A DNA stretch of 64,000 nt from Mobula hypostoma (taxonomy: Eukaryota): positions 22,444,001 through 22,508,000 of the forward strand of contig NC_086108.1 of NCBI RefSeq assembly GCF_963921235.1, given 5' to 3'. The position numbers and the translations under genes were made by a program. Below the pieces are notes generated by a model. That model made no database searches. It saw nothing but the letters and a program-made list of their open reading frames with translations, and was not told where the DNA came from. Shown here one piece after another: positions 37,635-51,080 of the stretch; position 1 is the first letter of the stretch, and each line of letters opens with the position of its first letter.

Positions 37635-40057
37635 TTAGCGGAAGTTAGAGAAGTCGATGTTCATGCCATCAGGTTGGAGGCTACCCAGACGGAATATAAG
37701 GTGTTGTTCCTCCAACCTGAGTGTGGCTTCATCTTCACAGTAGAGGAGGCCGTGGATAGACATGTCAGAATGGGAATGGGATGTGGAATTAAAATGTGTG
37801 GCCACTGGGAGATCCTGCTTTCTCTGGCGGACAGAGCATAGATGTTCAGCAAAGCGGTCTCCTGGTCTGCGTCGGGTCTCACCAATATATAAAAGGCCAC
37901 ATCGGGAGCACCGGACGCAGTATATCACCCCAGTCGACTCACAGGTGAAGTGTTGCCTCACCTGGAAGGACTGTTTGGGGCCCTGAATGGTGGTAAGGGA
38001 GGAAGTGTAAGGGCATGTGTAGCACTTGTTCTGCTTATACGGATAAGTGCCAGGAGGGAGATCAGTGGGGAGGGATGGGGGGGGCGAATGGACAAGGGAG
38101 TTGTGTAGGGAGCGATCCCTGTGGAATTGAGAGAGAGGCGGGGAGGGAAAGATGTGCTTAGTGGTGGGATCCCGTTGGAGGTGGCGGAAGTTACGGAGAA
38201 TAATATGTTGGACCCGGAGGCTGGTGGGGTGGTAGGTGAGGACTAGGGGAACCCTATTCCTAGTGGGGTGGCGGGAGGATGGAGTGAGAGCAGACGTACG
38301 TGAAATGGGGGAGATGCGTTTAAGAGCAGCGTTGATAGTGGAGGAAGGGAAGCCCCTTTCTTTAAAAAAGGAAAATACCTCCCTCGTCCTAGAATGAAAA
38401 GCCTCATGCTGAGAGCAGATGCGGCGGAGATGGAGGAATTGCGAGAAGGGGATGGCGTTTTTGCAAGAGACAGAGTGAGAAGAGGAATAGTCCAGATAGC
38501 TGTGAGAGTCAGTAGGCTTATAGTAGACATCAGTGGATAAGCTGTCTCCAGAGACAGAGACAGAAAGATCTAGAAAGGGGAGGGAGGTGTCAGAAATGGA
38601 CCAGGTAAACTTGAGGGCAGGGTGAAAGTTGGAGGCAAAGTTAATAAAGTCAACGAGTTCTGCATGCGTGCAGGAAGCAGCGCCAATGCAGTCGTCGATG
38701 TAGCGAAGGAAAAGTGGGGGACAGATACCAGAATAGGCACGGAACATAGATTGTTCCACAAACCCAACAAAAAGGCAGCATAGCTAGGACCCATACGGGT
38801 GCCCATAGCTACACCTTTAGTTTGGAGGAAGTGGGAGGAGCCAAAGGAGAAATTATTAAGAGTAAGGACTAATTCCGCTAGACGGAGCAGAGTGGTGGTA
38901 GAGGGGAACTGATTAGGTCTGTAATCCAAAAAGAAGCATAGAGCTTTGAGACCTTCCTGATGGGGGATAGAAGTATATAAGGACTGGACATCCATGGTGA
39001 AAATAAAGCGGTGGGGGCCAGGGAACTTAAAATCATCGAAAAGTTTAAGAGCGTGAGGAGTGTCACGAACATAGGTCGGAAGGGATTGAACAAGGGGTGA
39101 TAAAACAGTGTCGAGGTATGCAGAAACGAGTTCGGTGGAGCAGGAGCAAGCTGAGACAATAGGTCGGTCAGGACAGGCAGGTTTGTGGATCTTGGGTAGG
39201 AGGTAGAAACGGGAAGTGCGGGGTGTGGGAACTATAAGGTTGGTAGCAGTAGATGGGAGATCCCCTGAGCGGATAAAGTCGGTGATGGTGTGGGAGACAA
39301 TGGCCTGGTGCTCCCTAGTGGGGTCACGATCGAGGGGTAAATAAGAGGAGGTATCCGTGAGTTGTCGCTGTGCCTCGGCAAGGTAGAGGTCAGTACGCCA
39401 GACTACAATAGCACCCCCCTTATCGGCAGGTTTAATAATAAGGTTAGGATTAGTGCGGAGGGAGTGGAGAGCAGAGCGTTCCGAAGGAGTGAAGTTGGAA
39501 TGGGGAAAAGGTGCGGTGAAGTCGAGACGGTTGATGTCCCGTCGGCAGTTAGCAATAAAGAGATCCAGAGCAGGCAGAAGACCAGAGCGGGGTGTCCATG
39601 AAGAAGAGGAGGGTTGAAGACGGGAGAAGGGGTCATCGGTGGGGGTGGAAGAGTCCTTGCTGAAGAAGTAGGCTTGGAGACGGCGGAAGAAAAGTTCCGC
39701 ATCGTGGCGAACACAGAACTCGCTGGGGTGTGGGCGAAGAGGGACAAAGGTGAGGCCCTTACTGAGGACAGAGCGTTCTGCCTCCGACAGTTGAAGGTCG
39801 GAGGGGATGGTAAAGACCCGGCACGGATGAGAGCTGGGATCAGAGGGGGGAGGGGGGAGGCTGGGGGTGTCGGAGAGGGGAGGGTTGGGGTGAGAGGAAG
39901 ATGGAGGCTCTGAGGGCCCAGGAGCTGACGATGGGATCTGAAGGAGACGGGATTGCAGAGTATTGATGGGGGAAGGGGAGACGGGAGTCACAACAGCAGC
40001 ACTTGAAGACCCGGCCTGGAGTTCAAGGCTGGAGTTGCAGTTGGTGGTTGCGCAATC
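37635..40057 (-). pseudogene. PLE reverse transcriptase / GIY-YIG endonuclease, one frameshift near 38770
   Basis: LSKGLTFVP, IKPADKGGAIVV, FYLLPKIHK, TMDVQSLYTSIPH, GVAMGTRMGPSYA, FLRYIDD, Cys-rich linker (KCYTCP), VIYCVRCSRCGLLYIGET. Confidence 0.92.
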
Positions 40058-42147
40058 AAGGAGAGAAAAGATGTAATGTGCATGTAAGGTAGTCCAAACA
40101 GGGAAATCAAAATTTCTTTCAGATATATAAAGTGTAAAGAGGGACAAGAATGGACATTGGTCTGCAGGAAAAGGACACTGGAAAGGTAGTAATGGGGAGA
40201 AGAACTGAAAAATGGCGTATGAACTGAATAAGTATTTTATGTCAGTCTTCACGGTAGAACACACCAGGAGTATGCCAGACTTTTGAAAGTGTCTGGGGCC
40301 AGAAGTGATTGTAGTTGCTAAAGATGAGGAGAAGGTGCTTGGAGTCATCTGGACCAGGTGGACTAGACCCCAGGGTTCTGAAAGAGGTAGCTGAAGAAAC
40401 TGTGAAGTCATTGGTAATGATCTTTCAAGAATCACTAGACACTGAATGGTCCCGAGGACTGGAAGATTGCCAATGTCACTCCTCCCTTTAAGAAGAGAAG
40501 GAGGCAACAGACTGGAAATTATAGGTCAGTTAGTCTGACTTCAGTGGTTGGCACATGTTAATGTCCTTTATTAAGGATGAGATTTTGGGGTACTTGGACG
40601 CACATGATAAAATAGGCCAAAGTCATCATGGTTTCTTTAAGGGAAAATCATGCCTGACAAATCTGTTGGATCCATTGAGGAAATAACAGGCTGAATAGAC
40701 AGAGGAGAGCTAGTGGGTGTTGTTTACTTGGATTTTCAGAAGGCCCTTGACAAGTTGCTGGAGGCTGTTGAACATGATAAGAGCCCATGATATTACAGGA
40801 AAGGTACTAGCATGGACTGAAGATTGGATGACTGGCAGAAGGTGAAAATGGTAATAAAAGAGGCCTTTTCTGGTCGGCTGCTGGTGACTAGTGCTGTTCC
40901 GCAGGGGCAGTGCTGTGTCCACTACTTTCCACGACATGTGTGAATGATCCAGATGATGGAATTGATTGTTTCGTCGCCAAGTTTGCGGATAAGTGGAGGG
41001 GCAGGTAGTGTTGAGGAAGCAGGACCGCTGAAAGATTTGGACAGATTAGGAGAATGGGCAAAGAAGTGGCATATAGAGTATAGTGTAGGGAAGTTTATTG
41101 TTAAGCACTTTGATAGTAGGAATAGAGATGTAGACTATTTTCTAAATGGAAGCAAATTCCGAAACCAGAGGTGCAAAGGGACTTGGGAGTCCTCGTGTAC
41201 GATTCCCAAAAAGTTAAGTGCAGGTTGATTCAGTAACGATTAAATATTAGCTTTATTTGTCACATGTACATTGAAATATCAAAGCATACAGTGAAATGTG
41301 TCATTTGCATCAAAGACCAACACAGCCCAGGGATGTGCTGTAGCAGACTACAAGTGTCAAAGTAGCATACCTGCGCCTTAGTAAACCCAACCCTAGCCCA
41401 TAAGGTTTTGGATTGTGGGAGGAAACCGGAGCACCAGGAGGAAACCCATGCTGTCATGGGTAATGTACAAACACCTTAGAGACAATGGTGGGAACTGATC
41501 GCTGATCACCGGTACTGTAAAGAGTTGCGCTAAAGTTGTTTGGCGTTGCTGTCCAGGGTGTCAAAGGAGCCAGCGGTTGGGTCGGAGAAAGATGAGCCAG
41601 CGGTCGGGTCGGAGAAAGATAAGTCAGCGGATGGGTGGCGTCTGTGCTCGGTTGGGGGCTGCCCTCCAGTGTTCGACCGGTAGAATGACAGACTGAATTG
41701 CCAGGAGCTGTATCATCAGTTTGCATGTTGCTCAGGGTCTTGGACTATCTGTGTGTTTTTCTGTGTAACGATGTGTGTGTGTTTTTTCTCCGCTGTTTTG
41801 AATGGATGTTTTGCACCTTGGCCCCAGAGGAAAGTTGTCTCATTCAACTATATCCATATATGGTTTGAATGATAATTAAACTTGATTTGATTTGATAACC
41901 ACTATACTACCATGCGGTACTGTAAGGATGACAAATGCAATGTTAGCACTCATTTCAAGAGGACTCAAATATAAGAGCAAGGATGTAATTCTGAGGCTTT
42001 ATGAGGCATTGGTCCGACCATATTTAGAGTATTATGAACAGTTTTGGGCCCATTTTTAAGAAAGGATGTGCTGGCACTGGAGAAGGTCCAGAGAAGGTTT
42101 ATGAAATAGATCCTGGGAAAGAAAGGGTTCATGTAGAAGAAGCATTT

Positions 42148-43975
42148 AAGACCATAAGACATAGAAGCAGAATTAGGCCATTCAGCCCATCACGTCTGCT
42201 CTGCCATTCCGTCATGGCTGATCCTGGATCTCACTCAACCCCATACACCTGCCTTCTCGGCATATTCTTTGAAACTATCAGGAAACTATCAACTTCCGCT
42301 TTAGGTATATCCATGGACTTAACCTCCACCACAGTCTGAGGCAGAGCATTCTACAGATTCACAACTCTCTGACAAAAAAAAAATTCCTCCTTACCTCTGT
42401 TCTAAAAGGTCGCCCCTCAATTTTGAGGCTGTGCCCTCTAGTTCTGGATACTCTCACCATAGGAAACATCCTCTCCAGTCCTTTCAACATTCGGTAGGTT
42501 TCAAAGAGATCTCCTGCATTCTTCTAAATTCCAGTGAGTACAGACCAAAGCTGTTAAATGCTCCTCAGACATGAACCCCTTCATTCCCAGAATAAACCTC
42601 GTGAACCACCTCTGGACTCTCTCCAATGATAACATATCCTTTCTGAGATATGGGTCCCAAAATTGTTGATATCTTATAAAGGCTCAGCATTATCTACTTG
42701 CTTTTATATTCTATTGCATTTGCCTTCCTTACCACTGACTCAACCTGTAAATTAACCTTCTGGGAGTCTTGCACGAGGACTCCTGAGTCCCTCTACACCT
42801 CTGATGTTTGAACCTTCTCCCCACTTAGATAATAGTCTGCACTACTGTTCCTTTTACCAAAATACATTATCGTACATTTCCCTACACTGCATTCCATCTG
42901 CCACTTTTTTGTTCATTCTTCCAATTTGTCTAAGTCCTGCTGCAATTGCATGACTTCCTCAGCACTACCTACCCCTCCACCTATCTTCGTATCATCTGCA
43001 AACTGTACTGCAAAGCCATCAATTCCATATCTAAATCATTGACAAACAATGTGAAAAGTAGCAGTCCCAATACTGACCCCTGAGGAACACCATTAGTCAC
43101 TGATAGCCAACCAGAAAAGGTCCTGTTTATTCCCACTTGCTGCCTCCTGCCTGTGAGTTATTTCTCTATCCAGGCCAGTATCTCTCCTGTAATGCCATAG
43201 GATTTTATCTTGTTAAGCAGCTTCATGTGTGGCACCTTATCAAACACCTTCTGAAAATCCAAGTAAATAAAGTTTACTGCCTCTCCTTTGTCCACTTTGT
43301 TTGTTACTTCCTCAAAGAACTCTAACAGATTTGTCAGGAAAGATTTGCTTTCAAAGAAACCATGCTGACTTTGACTTATTTTATCATTAGTCTCCGAGTA
43401 CCCTGAAACCTCATTCTCAATAACAGAGTCCAACACTTTCCCTACCACTGAGCTTAGGCTAGCTGGCCTATAATTTTCTTTATTTTGCCTTCCTCCCTTC
43501 TTTAAAGAGTGGAGTGACATTTGCAATCTTCCAGTTGTCTGGGACCATGTCAGAATCGAGTGATTCTTGAAAGATCATGACCAGTGCATCAGTTATCTCT
43601 TCGGCAACCTCTCTCAGGACTCTGGGATGTAGTCCATCTGGTCCAGGTGACTTATCCACCTTTGAGCTTACCTAGCACTTTTCCCTTTATAATAACAATG
43701 GCATTTTCCCCTGCTCCCTGACACTCATGGACCTCTGTCACACTGGTGCAAAGTACTTATCTGTCATTTCTTTGTCCTCCATTACTACTTCACCGACGTC
43801 ATTTTTCAGTGGACGACATCAACTCTCACCTCCCTTTTACTCTTTATATAACTGAAAAAATTTCTTGTATCCTGCTTCATATTATTGACTAGTTTGCCCT
43901 CATATGCTGTCTTTTCCATTCTTATAGCTTTTTTAGTTGCCTTTTGTTGGATTTTTAAAACTTTCCAATCATCCA
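42148..43975 (-). mobile_element. CR1 LINE 3' half, degraded
   Basis: AAGACCATAAGACATAG tail; ORF 43158..43526 (NYRPASLSSVVGK, YLDFQKVFDKVPH). Confidence 0.85.
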
Positions 43976-45903
43976 TCTCAGACTGCTGAAATGAGAGGTT
44001 AAAGATGTCAATAAACATTCCTGCCAGTAGATTAGCACAAGTCTTCAGTACTCATCCAGTTACACCATCTAGCCCAGATGCTTTCCATGGGTTCACCTTC
44101 CGAAGATGTGTTGACGTCGGCCTCAGAGACTGAGATCATTGGATTATTAGATGCCCCCATGATCTGTTGGTCAAAGTGAACATAAAAGGTTTTGCTGATG
44201 GTTTTATACTGAAATGGGAGTAAGACTGTCCAGCTCTCTAAGACGTCCTGTAGTTATAAGAGGTGCGAGAGAAATGCAACTTCCAATTTTCTTCTTCTTG
44301 TTGCATTTATCAGTTGCATTTACTTCAGTAATCTAATCACTCACTCTGTTTGGTTTATTTGTCATTAACATCCTACTAAAAGATACTGAATACAAGTAGG
44401 AATACCAAGTTGATCAGATGTATCCTTTGAATTCAGGGGTATTTGTCAGATTAATACCTGAAAATAAAGTCAGAAGTCCATGCCTTTCCCTTTTCTTGGA
44501 TTTACAAAGAATCTGAACACAGTAATTTGATTGAAACTTCCGTGTAGAGATTAGTATTTGTTGGTATGCCTAAATTCCAGCTCATTTAGAAGCACAGATG
44601 GGAATCCTGTGTAGTTACAAGGAATTCCAGGAAGTATTCCCAGAAAACGTGGTGAAGAGAGATTTGCAGACTTCTAAGATTTTGTGGGAGGTTTATGAGT
44701 GTTATTCTTTACATGCTACTTTATTGTCCAAGACTATAATTATATATTAAACTGCAGCCTAACAAGCTGTGGAGTCCACTTAGCCTTCAAGGAAGACAGA
44801 ATGCAAAATATCACACCAGTGTTTATATATTGAGAAATTAAGTGGGTAGATGGCAAGCATATTAACATTGAATATTATGTTGAATGACAACATACGTCAA
44901 ATATGAATTGTATTTTCCCAATTCTTATTGTTTGTCATGGTTATGACTAAAGCTCAGGAAGATGCATCAGTCATCAATGGCCCTCCAGGACTTTGCTGTA
45001 GTTGTCATAGCAGAAAGGATTTAGGGTGCCTCCCAAAAACCCAAGATATCCTTATTAATATTTTGAATCTTGTCTTCCCTACAGAAGAGCCAATAAAGAG
45101 CAGAAGTGTAGCAGAGCCAGTGATCCAGGAATGGGGAGGAAATTGAGAGTAATTCCCATTATTAAAAAGAAAGTGAAAAGGGAAGTGAAATCAGATAAAC
45201 CCATAGACTTAATAGCTGGCATTCCAGGATTCCATGAGAAGTGACAGCACAGTTGGCCGAGTCCATTGCTTATGAATTTTGGTCTTCCAAAATTCCTTGA
45301 TTCTGGAATAGTTCCAGCACACTGGAAGGTGGCAAATATAATATAAAATCTAACCACAAATAGAGATGGAGGTGAAATAAAGAATCTTTTTCTCACAGTT
45401 TTTCTCACCAGACGTCAGTTGATGGCAAGGTGCCGGTGAAGGAAGAAAATTTGCTGAGAAAATCAGAGTGTGATTAGACAGAGTGAACACGGCTTAATGA
45501 AAGGGATATGGCATTTGAAAATTCTGAGTTTTCCGAGAGTGTAAGGTAAGGTTGTGAGGATGAGGGCAAAGCAATTGTTATAGTATATCTGGATTTACAA
45601 AGGCATTTGAAAAAATAGCATGACATAAGGTTTCACAAGTTTGATGATAACATATCAACATCATATAGGATTGACTTAAGGATAAGAATATCCTCGATTA
45701 AGAATCAACTAGGCTCTTTCAGGTTGAAATTCGGTTACTAGTTGGGTGCATCAGATATCCTCAGATATCCATGTTCCATTTATATCCCTTGTAGAATGAA
45801 ATATTTGCTGTGACTCACTGACTGGTACTTCTGCCTCTTGGTCAACATGTTCTGGTCCAGCCTCACACCGGACTCCAATCTCAACGTTGATCTTCAGTGT
45901 GGT

Positions 45904-46250
45904 AGGGGAGTGGAGTTGACGACATTAATGATTGTATTCAATGTAATATATTAGCCCAGCCTTGTTTTGTTCTGTTTCGATCAGTTTTTGGTTCAGTTTA
46001 GTTTAGTTTTTTTTCTTAGTTTTTTTTTGTCACTTTGGGGGTTTTTCTTTCTTGTGATTTTTAAAAAAAAGTTTTTCCTTTTATCATGATTAACTATATC
46101 GAGAGTTTGGGAGGTCTAGTATACTTGTATTATTTATAGTTTTACTTGCATATGTCTATTATCAATAATGTAATTCCAATCTCTTTGTATTACTATTGTT
46201 ACTGTGTTCTTGAACTTGAAAATCAATAAAAAGATTAAAAAAGAAAGAAA
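45904..46250 (+). mobile_element. L1/Tx1-like 3' end inserted into a DeuSINE remnant
   Basis: 15-bp TSD GATCTTCRGTGTGGT at 45889-45903 and 46251-46265; T-rich UTR, AATAAA and an A/(GAAA)n tail. Confidence 0.65.
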
Positions 46251-47202
46251 GATCTTCGGTGTGGTGCTGAGCAAGTGTGTACTGTTAGTTTCTAGCTTTT
46301 AACCAAACAGGGGCACTGCTTCTCCCTAGAGGTACACTTAAAAGTTTCAAAAAAAGAGTCCAGCATTCATTAATTGTGTCCTCAATCATCCTCAATAAGC
46401 ATTTCAAAAGGTGTATTTAATGTCAGAGAAATGTATACAATAGACAACCTGAAATTCTTTTCTATTTCTTCACTTCTGTCATCTTATCATTTAGTCATTA
46501 TCACATGTGGGGGGGGGGGGTTAACAATGTGCAAATTGGTCGCTGTGTTTTGTATGTTACCACAGTGATGCCTGAGCATTAATATATCTGGAAAAAAGAT
46601 GTCTAAGTTGCTATCTGACTACAAATTCATTTTTATTTTATAACAGCCCTGATTTTTCTGTTTAATTCTTGGGGTAGATTTTATACCAAGAACGTCAGAC
46701 CTAAGGGTCAAAAGTGGTACTCACAGAATTACAGATGAGAGTACATTTATCATCTTTGAGCCTTAACTAGGTGTCAATTGACTGTTCCAACATTAGGGCA
46801 AAGCCCTGACTTTTTTATATAGGTGCATACAATACACATATTCAAGCTGCTGTTAAATGCGAAGGAGACCATGATGCTTTGGCAAGAATGGAGATTCCTC
46901 TCCTCCTTATCAATGTACAGGCTTATCAATGGTACGTCTATGTGGCCTGTTGTGAATACTGCTAGGTCTTTTCCTTTTCCAAGACTAAACAAAGCCTGGG
47001 AACTGTCCTGGTCTTCTACAAATACACCATGGAGAGCATTCTGACTAGTTGCATCACCATTTGGAATGCAGGCGCTAATGCACAGGATAGAAAAGAGGTT
47101 GTAGACTCAGCCAGTTCCATCACAGCTCATCATGGAGAACATCTTCAAAAGGCAGTGTATCAGAAAGGAAACATCCATTTTAAAGGCCTACACCATCTAG
47201 GA

Positions 47203-47370
47203 TGGGGTGGCCAACCTTTTACATTCCATGCATCAATTTTTTTCACTCACGAGTTCAGATGCGCCATACAACTCTTGTACCCCCCCCATTCAATTCTTGT
47301 AAAAAGATGTTAATATAGAACTCGTGCATGAAAAAGTTGACACATGGAATGTAAAAGGTTGGCCACCCCG
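47203..47370. mobile_element. 168-bp hAT (Charlie-like) MITE, largely palindromic
   Basis: TIRs YGGGGTGGCCAACCTTTTACATTCCATG; 8-bp TSD ATCTAGGA at 47195-47202 and 47371-47378; sits in an older LINE 3' fragment (~46975-47500). Confidence 0.88.
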
Positions 47371-49193
47371 ATCTAGGACATGCCCTCTTCTCATTACTAC
47401 CATCAAGGAGGAGGTACAGGAGTCTGAACACCCACACCCAACATTTTAGGAACAATTTCTTTCCCTTTGCTATCAGATTTCTCAACAGTCCATCAACAAT
47501 TATACCAGCTAAGAAGAATAATGTGACCTACCTTAATGACTATCGCCCAGTAGCACTCACATCTACAGTGATGAAATGCTTTGAGAGGTTGGTCATGACC
47601 GGGCTGAACTCCTGCCTCAGCAAGGACCTGGACCCATTGCAATTTGCCTATCGCCACAAAAGGTCAACGGCAGATGCAATCTCAATGGCTCTTCACACGG
47701 CTTTAGACCACCTGGATGACACAAACACCTATGTCAGGATGCTGTTCATTGCCTATAGCTCAGCTTTTACTACCATCATTCCCACAATCCTGATTGAGAA
47801 GTTGCAGAACCTGGGCCTCTGTACCTCTCTCTGCAATTGGATCGTCAATTTCCTAACTGGAAGACCACAATCTGTGTGGATTGATAGTAACATCTCCTCC
47901 TCACTGACGATAAACACTGGTGCACCTCAGTGGTGTGTATTTAGCCCACTGCTCTACTCTCTATATACCCATGACTGTGTGGCTAGGCATAGCTCAAATA
48001 CTGTCTATAAATTTGCTGATGGTACAACCACTGTTGGTAGAATCTCAGATGATGATGAGAAGGCGTTTAGGAGCAAGATATGCCAACTAGTGGAGTGGTG
48101 TCACAGCAATAACATGGCACTCAATGTCAGTAAGATGAAAGAGCTGATTGTGGACTTTAGGAAGGGTAAGACGAAGGAACACATGCCAATCCTCATGGAA
48201 GGATCAGAAGTGGTGAGAGTGAGCAGTTTCAAGTTCCTGGGTGTCAAGATTTTTGAGGATCTAACCTGGTCCCAAAATATCAATGGAGCTATAAAGAAGG
48301 CAAGACAGCAGCTATACTTCCTTAGGAGTTTGAAGAGGTTTGGTACAGTCGAAGTCAGAAGTTTACATACACCTCAGCCAAATACAGATAAACTCAGTTT
48401 TTCACAATTCCTGACATTTAATCCTAGAAAGCACTCTCTGTCTTAGATCAATTAGGATCACTACTTTATTTTAAGAATGTGAAATGTCAGAATAATAGTA
48501 GAGAGAATGATTTATTTCAGCTTTTATTTCTTTCATCACTTTCCCAGTGGGTCAGAAGCTTACATACACTTTGTTAGTATTCGGTAGCATTGCCTTTAAA
48601 TTGTTTAACTTAGGTCAAATGTTTTGGTAGCCTTCCACAAGCTTTTCACAGTAAGTTGCTGGAATTTTGTTCCATCCTTCCAGACAGAACTGGTGTAACT
48701 GAGTCAGGTTTGTAGGCTTCCTTGCTTGCACATGCTTTTTCAGTTCTGCCCAGAAATTTTCTATTGGATTAAGATCAGGGCTTTGTGATGGCCACTGAAG
48801 TACCTTGACTTTGTTGTCCTTGAGCAATTTTGCCACAACTTTGGAGGTATGCTTGGGGTCATTGTCCATTTGGAAGACCCATTTGCGACCGAACTTTAAA
48901 TTCCTGGCTGATGTCTTGAGATGTTGCTTCAATATATCCACATAATTTTCCTTCCTCATGATGCCATCTATTTTGTGAACTGCACCAGTCCCTCCTGCAG
49001 CAAAGCACCCCCACAACATGATGCTGCCACTCCCATGCTTCATGGTTGGGATGGTGTTCTTCGGTTTGCAAGCCTCACCCTTTTTCCTCCAAACATAACG
49101 ATGGTCATTATGGCCAAACAGTTCAATTTTTGCAACACACACAAAATGCTGGTGGAACGCAGCAGGCCAGGCAGCATCTATAGGAGGAGGTAC

Positions 49194-49229
49194 AGTTGAC
49201 ATTTCAGGCCGAGACACTTTGTCAGGACT
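49194..49229 (-). ncRNA. Decayed hammerhead ribozyme
   Basis: agtc CTGACAA agtgtctcggcct GAAAT GTC aact. Confidence 0.5.
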
Positions 49230-51044
49230 AACTGGAAGAAGAGATAGTACAAGATTTGAAAGTGGGAGGGGGAGATCCGAAATGATAGGAGAAGACAGGA
49301 GGGGGAGGGAAGAGCTAAGAGCTGGAAAGTTGATTGGCAAAAGGGATACAAGGCTACAGAAGGGAAAGGATCATGGGATGGGAGGCCTAGGGCGATAAAA
49401 AGGGGGAGGGGAGCACCGGAAGGTGTAGTGAGAGGGATAGAGAGAAAGAGAGAGAGAGAGGGGAAAAACTATAAATAATAAATAAATAAGGGATGGGGTA
49501 AGAAGGGGAGGAGGGGCATTAACGGAAGATAGAGTAGTCAATGTTCATGCCATCAGGTTGGAGGCTACCCAGACGGAATATAAGGTGTTGTTCCTCCAAC
49601 CTGAGTGTGGCTTCATCTTGACAGTAGAGGAGACCGTGGATAGACATATCAGAATGGGAATGGGACGTGGAATTAAAATGTGTGGCCACTGGGAGATCCT
49701 GCTTCATCTGGCGGACAGAGCGCAGGTGTTCAGTGAAACGGTTTCCCAGTCTGCGTCGGGTCTCGCCAATATATAGAAGGCCACACCAGGAGCACCGGAC
49801 GCAGTATATCACCCCAGTCGACTCACAGATGAAGTGTCAAGTCAAGTCAAGTCACTTTTTATTGTCATTTCGACCATAAGTGCTGGTACAGTACACAGTA
49901 AAAACGAGACAACGTTTTTCAGGACCATGGTGCTCCATGAACAATACAAAAACTACACTGAACTACGTAAAACAACACAAAACCACACTAGACTACAGAC
50001 CTAACTAGAACTGCATAAAGTGCACAAAACAGTGCAGGCATTACAATAAACAATAAACAAGACAATTTGCACAGTAGAGGGCAGTGGGAAGAAACTGTTA
50101 CATAGTCTTCTCATGAGAGACCAAATGCTTTGGTGCCTTTTGCCGGGGTGGGGGGAGGGAAAGATGTGCTTGGCAGGGGGATCCCCTCCGCCACCTCCAA
50201 CGGGATCCTACCACCAAGCACATTTTTCCCTTCCTCCCCCCCCCGGCTTTCCACAGGGATCGCTCTCTACGCGACTCCCTTGTCCATTCGTCCCCTCCAT
50301 CCCTCCCCACCGATCTCCCTCCTGGCACTTAACCCTTGTAAGCGGAACAAGTGCTACACATGCCCTTACACTTCCTCCCTCACCACCATTCAGGGCCCCA
50401 GACAGTCCTTCCTGGTGTGGCGACACTTCACCTGTGAGTTGGCTGGTGTGATATACTGCGTCTGGTGCTCCCGGTGCGGCCTTCTATATATTGGCGAGAC
50501 CCGACACAGACTGAGAAACCGTTTCGCTGAACACCTACGCTCTGTCCGCCAGAGAAAGCATTATCTCCCAGTGGCCACACATTTTAATTCCACATCCCAT
50601 TCCCATTCTGATATGTCCATCCATGGCCTCCTCTACTGTCAAGATGAAGCCCAACTCAGGTTGGGGGAACAACACCTTATATTCTATCTGGGTAGCCTCC
50701 AACCTGATAGCATGAACATTGACTTCTCTAACTTCTGTTAATGCCCTTCCTCCCCTTCTTACCCCCCCTTTATTTATTTATTTATTTATAGTTTTTCCCC
50801 CTTTCTTTCTCTCTCTTGTCTCCCTCTGTCCCTCTCACTATATCTTCCTCTGGTGCTTACCTCCCCCTTTCATTCTCCCTAGGCCTCCCGTCCCATGATC
50901 CTCTCCCTTCTCCAGCCTTGTATCCCTTTTGCCAATCAACTTTATTTCTTAGCTCCATCCCTCCCCCTCCTGTCTTCTCCTATCATTTCGGATCTCCCCC
51001 TCCCCCTCCCACTTTCAAATCTCTTACTATCTTTTCTTTCAGTT

Positions 51045-51080
51045 AGTCCTGACGAAGGGTCTCAGCCCGAAACGTCTACT
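51045..51080 (+). ncRNA. Minimal hammerhead ribozyme (core intact, one stem I mismatch)
   Basis: agtc CTGACGA agggtctcagccc GAAAC GTC tact. Confidence 0.7.

Larger units (their letters stand above)
37244..40057 (-). mobile_element. Penelope-like retroelement (Neptune-type), 5'-truncated, 2.8 kb
   Basis: 14-bp TSD AAGGAGAGAAAAGA at 37230-37243 and 40058-40071; RT + GIY-YIG ORF followed by a hammerhead-bearing tail. Confidence 0.93.
35420..42140 (+). mobile_element. Old near full-length CR1, heavily decayed, interrupted by a PLE (37244-40057) and SINE-like pieces (~41235-41920)
   Basis: ORF1-like MCCSCMMWE..PGEHVC (35584), APE LGDSDHNMIE (36781), RT remnants at 40330-41230 and C-terminal remnants at 41925-42140. 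Confidence 0.75.

Noticed and set aside
38570..40507. 645-aa ORF as a single protein
   Set aside because: Its first ~150 aa lie outside the PLE TSD (40058) and are antisense read-through of the host CR1; only the part below 40057 is PLE protein.
48615..49340. 241-aa ORF as a novel transposase fusion
   Set aside because: The N-terminal ~70 aa are translated PLE 3' tail that happens to be in frame with the split transposase; there is no evidence of a promoter or of selection.
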